The position numbers were made by a program, and so were the translations under genes. From contig CM075979.1 of assembly GCA_038087875.1 (NCBI GenBank), forward strand, positions 39,804,001 through 39,868,000: a DNA stretch of 64,000 nucleotides, given 5' to 3'. The stretch is from Malacoraja senta. Its lineage: Eukaryota. This document shows positions 53,046-62,063 of this stretch, piece after piece (the first letter of the stretch is position 1; each line of letters begins with the position of its first letter). A model generated the notes under the pieces. It saw only the letters and a list, made by a program, of their open reading frames with translations. It was not told the DNA's origin and made no database searches.

Positions 53046-56000
53046 TTTTTTTTTTAAATTTTTTTATTTTTTAGAAGTACGGTAGATTACAGTAATGTAC
53101 AACACGTATATATTAATACATTTTTTGTACCGCTTCACTTTTTTAAACTTTAAGAAAGAAAAAGAAAGAAGTAAGAAAAGTGAAGAAAGTGCGCAAAGGT
53201 TGTGAAGTGCAAAAGAGTGTTGGGAAAAGAAAGCCCCTTAGAAAAGAAGTTAGAGAAGGAAGTAAAGTTAGAAAATAGACCCTAGAAAAAAAAAGAGAAA
53301 GAAAGAAGGAACAATCGCTCTATTATAACTCTTATACCATACTTCATAGAGAAGGAACTACCAACCAAGTCTGTTTTTATTTTACCTCCCATTACCAGGT
53401 CCAGATACCTTTTATTTATTTATTTGTTTTTCTAAATTACTATTGCACCTCATGCTTGTAATAGGTCCAAAAACGTAGACCACGTCTTTTGAAATTGGTC
53501 TACTTTGCCTACTAGGAGGAATCTCATCTCTTCCAGATGTAATGTTTCCAACATATTTGATGTCCACATTTTTATTGTTGGTGTGGGCGCATTTTTCCAG
53601 AATTTAAGTATAAGCTTTTTTCCCATTATTAGCCCATAATTGAGTAAATTCTTCTGATACACGTTTAATTCAGGAATACCTTCCGATATTCCAAAAATAA
53701 TCCATTCTGGTTTTGGTACCAGTTTTATTTTGATTAATTTTGAAAAAATATCAAATATTTCAAACCAGAATTTTTGGATTTTTGTACAAAAAACAAAAGA
53801 ATGTGCTATGGTAGCTTCTTGACATATACATTTATCACAGATTGGTGAGACGTTAGGAAAGATTTTATTTAGTTTGGTTTTTGAATAATATAATCTATGT
53901 AATGTTTTAAATTGGATAAGCGTATGTCGTACGTTGATCGAGCATTTATGCACCTGTAATAAATGATTATCCCAACTCTCTTTTGAAATTTTTATACCTA
54001 GATCTTGTTCCCAATCTCTTCTAATTCCATCTGTTGTGGGTATTTCTATATTTAAGATGATATTATATAAGTATGATATTAAATTAACTGATTCCGCCTT
54101 TGTCTTCATTGCTTCATCTAGTAAGTCGGAAGGCATATTATAATAATCTTTTGTGTGTGTTTTCAAATAGTCACAGATTTGTAGATATTTAAAATATTGA
54201 TTATTTTTCAAATTATATTTCAGTTGTAGTTGTTGGAATGATAGTAATTTTTCTAATTCATACAGATCTTCGAGCGTTTTGATTCCCATTCTTTCCCATT
54301 GTATAAATGCTTTATCTATGATTGAAGGTTTAAACGATGGGTTATTGACTATTGGTATTAAGAGAGATAGGTTTCTTAATTTTAGATTCTGTTTTATTTG
54401 CTTCCATGTTCTAATAGTGCTATATATAATTGGATTTTTATTATAATTTTTATTATTCAAATTTATTGGAGAGAGAATAATCGCTCCTATATTATTCGGG
54501 GAGCAATCCCCTTTTTCCATTATAATCCAGTCCACCTGCTGGGCAGAATTGTCCAGCAGGTGAATCATATTTTTAATATTTACTGCCCAGTTATAATACA
54601 TAAAGTTAGGGAGCGCTAGACCCCCCAACTCTTTTCGTTTGTTAAGGTGTGTTCTTTGTATTCTGTGGGATTTGTAATCCCATATAAAATTTGTAATGTC
54701 TGAGTCCAGTTTTTTGAAAAACTTTTTTGGGAGATATATAGGTATTGATTGAAATAGGTAAAGGATTTGTGGTAAGAAAATCATTTTTATAGCATTTATC
54801 CTACCTATTAAGGACATCGGAAGTGTTTTCCAAAATTTAATCAGATTATTTAATTTCTTAAGTAGGGGATTATAATTAGCTTTAAACATATCATGGTAAT
54901 TTCTAGTAATCTCAATTCCTAAATATTTGAATTTTTCCATAGCTATTTTAAAAGGGAATTTCCTGAGATGTGTTGAGTCTTTTGGTTTAATCGACATAAT
55001 TTCACTTTTGTTCCAATTTATTCTATATCCTGAAAAGGATCCAAAGTCCTCAATTAAGTTTAATATATTTGGTATACTAATTTGTGGTTTTGTGATGTAC
55101 AGTAGTACATCATCAGCATATAGGGATAGTTTGTTGTTTGAATATTTTGTGTTATAACCGTGAATATTCGAGTGTGTTCTTATTTTTTCAGCAAGGGGTT
55201 CAATTACCAAAGCAAATAACAGCGGTGATAGTGAACATCCTTGTCTGTTGCCCCTAGATAATTCGAATTTTGAAGATAATATATTATTAGTTAGTATTCT
55301 AGCCGTAGGTTTGTTATATAGTAGTTTTATCCATGCAATAAAGTTTTCTCCCAATTGGAATTTTTGCAATACTTTGATCATATAGTCCCATTCTACTTGA
55401 TCAAACGCTTTTTCTGCGTCCAGTGAGATGATAGCTAACTCTTGGTCATAAGATTTATGTGAATGCATTATGTTAAGCAAACGTCTCAAATTATTAAATG
55501 AGTGTCTCTTAGGTATAAATCCTGTTTGATCCTCATGTATTAGTCTACTAACATACTTGCTTAATCTATTGGCTAATGTTTTTGCTATTATTTTCTGATC
55601 CGTATTTAACAAAGCAATAGCTCTATATGATCCTGGTTCTTCTATATTTTTATCTTTTTTAAGTATTAATATGATCGTTGATTCCGCTAGTGTTTCAGGT
55701 AGGTTTTGCTCTTTATAAGCATATGTATACATTTTTTGTAATCGTGGAGTAACTATATCATAAAAAGATTTATAAAATTCATTACTGAATCCGTCTGGTC
55801 CTGGTGTTTTTCCATTTTTTAGTGTTTTTATTGTGTCTTCTATCTCCTTAGAAGTAATTTGTGCTCCCAGTTCCTCTTGTTCCCTGCGTTCTAATTGTGG
55901 TAGATTACAATTATCTAAAAATTCTGAGATTTTATTATTGTCTATTGACGTTTTAGATGTGTATAGATTCTGGTAAAATTGAGCAAATCTTTTATTAATA

Positions 56001-56764
56001 TCCTTGGGTAGTGTTAATACTTCCCCTCTATCTGATTTAATCTTTAATATTGCATTCTCTTTTTCCCGTTTTTTAAGTTGTCGTGCTAGAAGTTTGTGGG
56101 GTTTGTCCCCGAATTCGAAGTGTTCTTGTTTTGTGATTTGAAATAATGTTATAACTTTCTCTGACAGTAATTTATTTAACTGAAATTTCAGTAGTAGTAT
56201 TTTATTATGTTTATCCATAGTTGGGTCTTTAGCATTATCTATATCTAACTGTTTTATTTGATCTTCTAAGTGTCTTTGTTCATTCTTATTCTTTTTATTT
56301 TGATAAGCTTGAAATGAAATAATGACTCCTCTTATAAATGCTTTGAAGGATTCCCATAATAACGTGGGGGATATCTCTGGTGTATCATTTAACTCAAAAA
56401 ATAGATCCATCTGTTTTTTTAGATAGATACTCCCTTGAGGGTCTTTTAAAATTTGTGAGTTAAACCTCCAGAACGGTTTATTCATAGACATTCCTTCTAG
56501 TTTTAGAACAAAAGTTAACGGAGAATGATCTGAGATCGCATTAATATGATATTTAGGATTCAGAGATTGCGAAATTAATTTTGTATCCACAAGAAAATAG
56601 TCTATCCGTGAATATGTTTTATGCACCATTGAATAAAACGAGTAATCCCTTCCCGTCGGGTTTGCAATCCTCCATACATCTGTTATATTTGTGTTTTCCA
56701 TATATGTGTGTAAGAGTTCACTGGTTTTAGATTTCGTCTGACCTTTTTGTTTTTGCATCGATTT
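53046..56764 (-). mobile_element. 5'-truncated L1-clade LINE (~3.7 kb) with 3' UTR and poly(A) tail
   Basis: Interrupts intron sequence tcttttc|aatgtg that is continuous in sister units; poly-T on + strand at 53046; carries ORF2. Confidence 0.93.
53450..56764 (-). CDS. L1 ORF2 (N-terminally truncated): C-terminal part of APE endonuclease, reverse transcriptase, CCHC knuckle
   Basis: SRIDY and SDH (EN), PGPDGF, LDAEKAFD, RQGCSLSP, YADD, CDKC..8..H...C; ~1100 codons with no stop. Confidence 0.92.
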   Translation of the reverse strand, partial: KSMQKQKGQTKSKTSELLHTYMENTNITDVWRIANPTGRDYSFYSMVHKTYSRIDYFLVDTKLISQSLNPKYHINAISDHSPLTFVLKLEGMSMNKPFWRFNSQILKDPQGSIYLKKQMDLFFELNDTPEISPTLLWESFKAFIRGVIISFQAYQNKKNKNEQRHLEDQIKQLDIDNAKDPTMDKHNKILLLKFQLNKLLSEKVITLFQITKQEHFEFGDKPHKLLARQLKKREKENAILKIKSDRGEVLTLPKDINKRFAQFYQNLYTSKTSIDNNKISEFLDNCNLPQLERREQEELGAQITSKEIEDTIKTLKNGKTPGPDGFSNEFYKSFYDIVTPRLQKMYTYAYKEQNLPETLAESTIILILKKDKNIEEPGSYRAIALLNTDQKIIAKTLANRLSKYVSRLIHEDQTGFIPKRHSFNNLRRLLNIMHSHKSYDQELAIISLDAEKAFDQVEWDYMIKVLQKFQLGENFIAWIKLLYNKPTARILTNNILSSKFELSRGNRQGCSLSPLLFALVIEPLAEKIRTHSNIHGYNTKYSNNKLSLYADDVLLYITKPQISIPNILNLIEDFGSFSGYRINWNKSEIMSIKPKDSTHLRKFPFKIAMEKFKYLGIEITRNYHDMFKANYNPLLKKLNNLIKFWKTLPMSLIGRINAIKMIFLPQILYLFQSIPIYLPKKFFKKLDSDITNFIWDYKSHRIQRTHLNKRKELGGLALPNFMYYNWAVNIKNMIHLLDNSAQQVDWIIMEKGDCSPNNIGAIILSPINLNNKNYNKNPIIYSTIRTWKQIKQNLKLRNLSLLIPIVNNPSFKPSIIDKAFIQWERMGIKTLEDLYELEKLLSFQQLQLKYNLKNNQYFKYLQICDYLKTHTKDYYNMPSDLLDEAMKTKAESVNLISYLYNIILNIEIPTTDGIRRDWEQDLGIKISKESWDNHLLQVHKCSINVRHTLIQFKTLHRLYYSKTKLNKIFPNVSPICDKCICQEATIAHSFVFCTKIQKFWFEIFDIFSKLIKIKLVPKPEWIIFGISEGIPELNVYQKNLLNYGLIMGKKLILKFWKNAPTPTIKMWTSNMLETLHLEEMRFLLVGKVDQFQKTWSTFLDLLQA

Positions 56765-56804
56765 AATGTGAATGGAAGAGATCTGTGATAATTGACACAC
56801 TTAC

Positions 56805-57017
56805 CAGGTAACATTATTCGCCCGTCATTCTCACAGGTACATGTGGTAGTTCCTCTTGACGTTGGTGTTACTGTCACTGTTGTAGCTGCTGTTGTAGTTT
56901 CTGCTGGTCTGGTTGTACTTTCACATTTTCCTGTGTACTTCATAACTTTACAATCTTCAGTACACAGAATGAAGTTACAGAGGCCTGATTTACCTGTAGA
57001 CGTCACAGTTGCCTGAC
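56805..57017 (-). CDS. Repeat exon R23 (A type)
   Basis: 213 nt; L1 inserted 40 nt downstream of its donor. Confidence 0.83.
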
Positions 57018-57681
57018 CTGGAGGCAAAGAAAAGAAATTCAGATTGTAATTTCAAAGTGTTTGCATCAAGAATCAAGAAATGATGCACCTCCTTTGATCA
57101 AACACAGTGCGTGATTTCATATCGTAGCTTGTGGCTGGCAGGGCTTGTAAAAGGGAATTGCGGAGAGAATATAATACAGAAGTCAGCAGAAGAGTGAGTG
57201 GCAATTGCAGTAAGGTTGCTCAGGTGCGTAGTTCATTTTTGGGCAGAAATAACTTTTTCACGGGAGGCATGATCTGGCTCATAACAGAAATCATGGGCGG
57301 ACCACAACATTTCCAGTATAAAAGTGTAGGTCCACATTGTGAGCAAACCTCTCTGATCAATGCTGCTGTCAAGCACAATCTAGGGGTGTTGAACTTTATC
57401 GTAACATGATGTTGCATTTAAGGAGCATTTGAATCAAATATATCCTGTTGCTCAGTGGTTGGAGGAAGAAGCCTCCAGTGATTTTAAACTATTAAGAGCT
57501 TCAACCACATTAACTCAAATGGAAAAAATAAGAATGCAAAAAGATTCTATAATTTATGTTGACATGTTTAGAACTGTGCATCAACTTCATAATTGGATGC
57601 ATTTTTGTCTACCCAAGAGACAGCCGTAAAGCTCTTTCTTTGGAATGTGAACAGAAGAGCACTGATTACTGACACACTTAC

Positions 57682-57894
57682 CTGGTGACATTATATGTCC
57701 GTCAACATCACATGAACAGATTGTAGTTCCTTTTGACGTTGGTGTTACTGTGACTGTTGTAGCTGATGTTGTGGTTTCTGCTGGTCTGGTTGTAGTTTCA
57801 CATCTTCCTGTGTACTTCAGAACTTCACAATCCTCAGTACACAGAGTAAAGTTACAGAGGCCTGATTTACCTGCAGAAGTCACAGTTGCCTGAC
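57682..57894 (-). CDS. Repeat exon R24 (B type)
   Basis: 213 nt, splice sites intact. Confidence 0.85.
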
Positions 57895-58529
57895 CTGGAG
57901 GCAAAGAAAAAAAAATCAGGTTGTGTACACGTCAAGGTGATGCAACTGATGACTATCTTTATGTATGATTTTGAAGCTGGTTCTTGTCTTTCACTTGGGA
58001 AATAAGTTTGAAATATGTGAATATTATTTTGTTGTCTGCTTCAAGGATCAGGATGTTCTGAACCAAATCTGAGCAAACAGCATTGTCTGCGTTTTTGGAG
58101 CTGGTTGGCAGCGGTTCTTCTAGCTCTGTCATTAATGCAAACAAACACATTTTTTTTCCAACTGGGATGAATGGATACAAAAAATGGGAATCAGTTTTCA
58201 TTGATGGTGTTTGACATTGGTAGCTTTTGGACATCAGTGCTTTCAGGGACTCATCATTTCCAGACATTTCCCAGATATAGTGATGGCTCCTTAAGGACTC
58301 ATGTGTAGCTTAACATCAGTTCTCGAAATTCTCTTTCCAGACTCTTTAAGTTTCACAATATTCCAAGATTCATTCTGAGATTTGGAACAACACCAACAGC
58401 CACCATGTAGACATACACACACTCGGAGCAGGAACTGCCTCTCAAATCCAATCCACCAGAGTCATAGTGATATACAGCATTGAAACTCATCCAAGCTAAC
58501 CAAATTACCTAATTGAATGTCCCATTTAC

Positions 58530-58618
58530 CTGTGTTTGGCCCATAATCATTTGAACCTTAGTACACAGAGTAAAGTTACACAGCTCTGATTTACCGGCAG
58601 AAATCACCATTGCCTGAC
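58530..58618 (-). pseudogene. Half-exon H7 (acceptor intact)
   Basis: Same structure as H2. Confidence 0.8.
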
Positions 58619-59167
58619 CTGGAGACAAAGTAAAGAAAATCAGGGTTTGTGAACCTGCATGTTATATCTTTATCTCTGCTGATGACCCTGGTTCATGCAT
58701 TTCACTTAGTAAGTAAGTTTGAAATATGAGAATATTATTTTGCAGAATGCATCAAGGATCGGGACGTTCTGAACCACATCTGTGCAAGCACCATGGTCTG
58801 GTTGTGAAGCATAACATTTTGGCAAAGCCGGTTGCTGCTGACAGGCTGTGTAAAAGGGAATTGTAGAGTGAATGTAAAAGCACAATACAGGAATCAGCAG
58901 ACGATTACTTGACAACTGCAGAACGGATACTCAGTTGCATGATTCATTATTGCGAGGAGATGGCAATGTCTCCTGAAGGTGCGTGATCAGGCGTGTACAA
59001 TTAACCTTGGAAATGGGTGGACATACGTTTACCCAATGAAAAGCAAGGGTGTGATTATTTGCCATCCATTGCCAATCATTGCTGCTGCCATTTTCAGCTT
59101 TGGGATTATGGATTTCTTTGTCTTTTCAATGTTCATGGAAGAGCTCTGTGATAATTGACACACTTAC

Positions 59168-59380
59168 CAGGTAACATTATTCGCCCGTCATTTTCACAGG
59201 TACATGTGGTAGTTCCTCTTGACGTTGGTGTTACTGTCACTGTTGTAGCTGCTGTTGTAGTTTCTGCTGGTCTGGTTGTACTTTCACATCTTCCTGTGTA
59301 CTTCATAACTTTACAATCTTCAGTACACAGAATAAAGTTACAGAGGCCTGATTTACCTGTAGACGTCACAGTTGCCTGAC
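59168..59380 (-). CDS. Repeat exon R25 (A type)
   Basis: 213 nt, splice sites intact. Confidence 0.85.
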
Positions 59381-60127
59381 CTGGAGGCAAAGAAAAGAAA
59401 ATCAGGTTGTAATTTCAAAGTGTTTGCATCAAGAATCAAGAAATGATGTTTCTCCTTTGATCAAACACAGTGCGTGATTTCATATCGTAGCTTGTGGCTG
59501 GCAGGCCTTGTAAAAGGGAATTGCGGAGAGAATATAATACAGAAATCAGCAAAGAGTGAGCGGCAATTGCAGTAATGTTGCTCAGTTGCGTAGTTCATTT
59601 TTGGGCAGAAATAACTTTTTTCACAGGAGGCATGATCTGGCCCATAACAGAAACCATGGGCGGACCACAACATTTCCAGTATAAAAGTGTAGGTCCACAT
59701 TGTGAGCAAACCTCTCTGATCAATGCTGCTGTCAAGCACAATGTAGGGGTGTTGAACTTTATCGTAACAAGATGTTGCATTTAAGGAGCATTTGAATCAA
59801 ATATATCCTGTTGCTCAGTGGTTGGAGGAAGAAGCCTCCGGTGATTTAAAACTATTAAGAGCTTCAACCACATTAACTCAAATGGAAAAAAATAAGAAAG
59901 CAAAAAGATTCTATAATTTATGTTGTCATGTTTAGAACTGTGCATCAACTTCATAATTGGATGCATTTCTTGCTATCATCTGCACTTAGCAAGAGACAGA
60001 TGTAGGTTCCATAGATGCTGCCTCACCCGCTGAGTCTCACCAGCATTTTTGTCTACCCAAGCAACAGCTGTAAAGCTCTTTCTTTGAAATGTGAACAGAA
60101 GAGCACTTTGATTACTGACACACTTAC

Positions 60128-60340
60128 CTGGTGACATTATATGTCCGTCAACATCACATGAACAGATTGTAGTTCCTTTTGACGTTGGTGTTACTGTCAC
60201 TGTTGTAGCTGATGTTGTGGTTTCTGCTGGTCTGGTTGTAGTTTCACATCTTCCTGTGTACTTCAGAACTTCACAATCCTCAGTACACAGAGTAAAGTTA
60301 CAGAGGCCTGATTTATCTGCAGAAGTCACAGTTGCCTGAC
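60128..60340 (-). CDS. Repeat exon R26 (B type; first array exon in gene order)
   Basis: 213 nt, splice sites intact. Confidence 0.85.
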
Positions 60341-61105
60341 CTGGAGGCAAAGTAATGAAAATCAGTTTGTGTGCACCTGAATGTAATAAAATCATGAATT
60401 ATCTTTATCTCTGCTAATGAAGCTGGTTCATGTATTGCACTTGGTAGCTTTTGGACATCGGTGTTTTCAGCCAACTGCTGGACTCATCATTTCCAGACAT
60501 TATCCAGATATAGTGATGGCTCCTTAAGGACTCGCGTGTACCTTAACATCAGTTCTCCAAATTCTCTTTCCAGACTCTTTAAGTTTCACAATATTTCAAG
60601 ATTCTTCTGAGATTTGGAACAACACCAACAGCCACCATGTAGACATACACACACTAGGAGCACGAACTGCCTCTCAAATCCAATCCACCAGTCGTCGTGT
60701 TGTACAGCATTGAAACTCATCCAAGCTAATCAAATTACCTAATTGAATGTCCCATTTACCTGTGTTTGGCCTATAATCATTTGAACCTTTCCCATGCACC
60801 CACCTGCCCAAATATCTGTTGAGCCATACTTCGATTCCCACTATTATGATCTAATTACCTAATATAACAGTAAATTTATTATATTATTAAACATTATTGT
60901 TTATTGTACATTTGTTTGTTGTATTGTTGTGTTTAATGTGGCTATAAAGTCTTAGCAAGTAATAATTTCAGTGTCTAGTCCTCGTGAATATTACAATTAA
61001 ACAATCTTGACTTGATTTCTATGTTGTAATTATACCCTCCTGTACCACTTCCTTTGGCAGCATGCTCCACATCCTCACCAGCCTTTAATGCATTTTTAAT
61101 ACCTC

Positions 61106-61408
61106 TTTAGTTTAGTTTAGTTTAGAGATACAGCGCGGAAACAGGCCCTTTGGCCCACCGGGTCTGCGCTGACCAGCAATCCCCGCACATTAATACCCAC
61201 TAGGGCCAATTTTTACATTTACCAAGCCAATTAACCTACAAAACTGTCCGTCTTTGGAGGGTGGGAGGAAACCGAAGATCTCAGAGAAAACCCACGCAGG
61301 TGACGGGGTGAACGTACAAACTCCGTACAAATAGCACCCATAGTCGGGATCGACCCCAGGTCTCTGGCGCTGCACTCGCTGTAAGGCAGCAACTCTACCA
61401 CTGCGCCA
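61106..61408 (-). mobile_element. tRNA-derived V-SINE (HE1-like)
   Basis: Same family, (tttag)n tail. Confidence 0.8.
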
Positions 61409-62063
61409 ATAAGGTCATGTCTGTTATTTCTGTGATTTTAAATCACTCTCCCATCTACCCATTGTAATTTTTCAACACTCACATCTTGTCCTGAATCTAT
61501 CTCCCTCTGTTTTAATAGATATAAAATCTCTACTTCCACTGTTTTAAGAAAGAGAGAGTTCCAAAGAATCTTGTTTCTTTGAGAGAACAAAATCATCTCC
61601 AATCAGAAATGAGTGACTTATTTTAAACCGGATCCCTTGTCATTTTTAAATGTAGAGAAATCAGTGAATCAGGGAAGGTCAATGTGTTCATGGAAAGCAG
61701 CTGATGGACAATATGTGTCCACTGTTCCAGAATGGGTATTCTGACACCATAGACTTTATGAACACTGTTTTTCTGCCGTTAGTGATTAACACTGTGCCCT
61801 GTTTCCGTGAACAAACATAGAAGTGGGCAAAGGAAAGGGAAGCTGCAGTTTTCACAGGGCATAATTGGAGACAGATGATTTATGATAATTTGTGCAAACT
61901 ACAATGTGTACTGAAGAATACTACAAAACATAATCAACAGCAAGAGAGAGAAAATAGTGGATGGTCACACTAATTGGGAAGGACCCAGAAATAATGATCA
62001 AGATTCGACAATTCAAAAAGTTAATAGAATACAATTAAGTAATGAATTAATTAGCAAAATTAC

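Larger units (their letters stand above)
28840..60790. repeat. Intragenic tandem array of exon+intron units (A/B dimer ~1.8-2.5 kb) with higher-order structure
   Basis: Exons and introns recur with very high visible identity. Confidence 0.95.

Noticed and set aside
53450-57017. Mucin-L1 ORF2 in-frame fusion or autonomous L1
   Set aside because: R23 read-through is in a different frame and stops at 56683; the element lacks ORF1, promoter and the endonuclease N-terminus; the ORF-track start at 56800 is intronic
28834-59379. Repeated 74-aa plus-strand ORFs (MTHLPGN...) and other recurring intronic ORFs
   Set aside because: Antisense shadows of repeat exons or duplicated intron sequence; disrupted in some copies, no domain signal
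28847-60340. Dscam-like mutually exclusive exon cluster
   Set aside because: Exons are near-identical and chain in frame, and I saw no docking/selector pairing; tandem inclusion is simpler, though not proven
28840-60790. CRISPR-like array or family of independent small genes
   Set aside because: Units are spliceosomal exons without start codon, signal peptide or stop; intervening sequences are duplicated introns, not unique spacers
5050-61408. tRNA genes
   Set aside because: The A/B-box sequences are SINE heads followed by SINE body and tail
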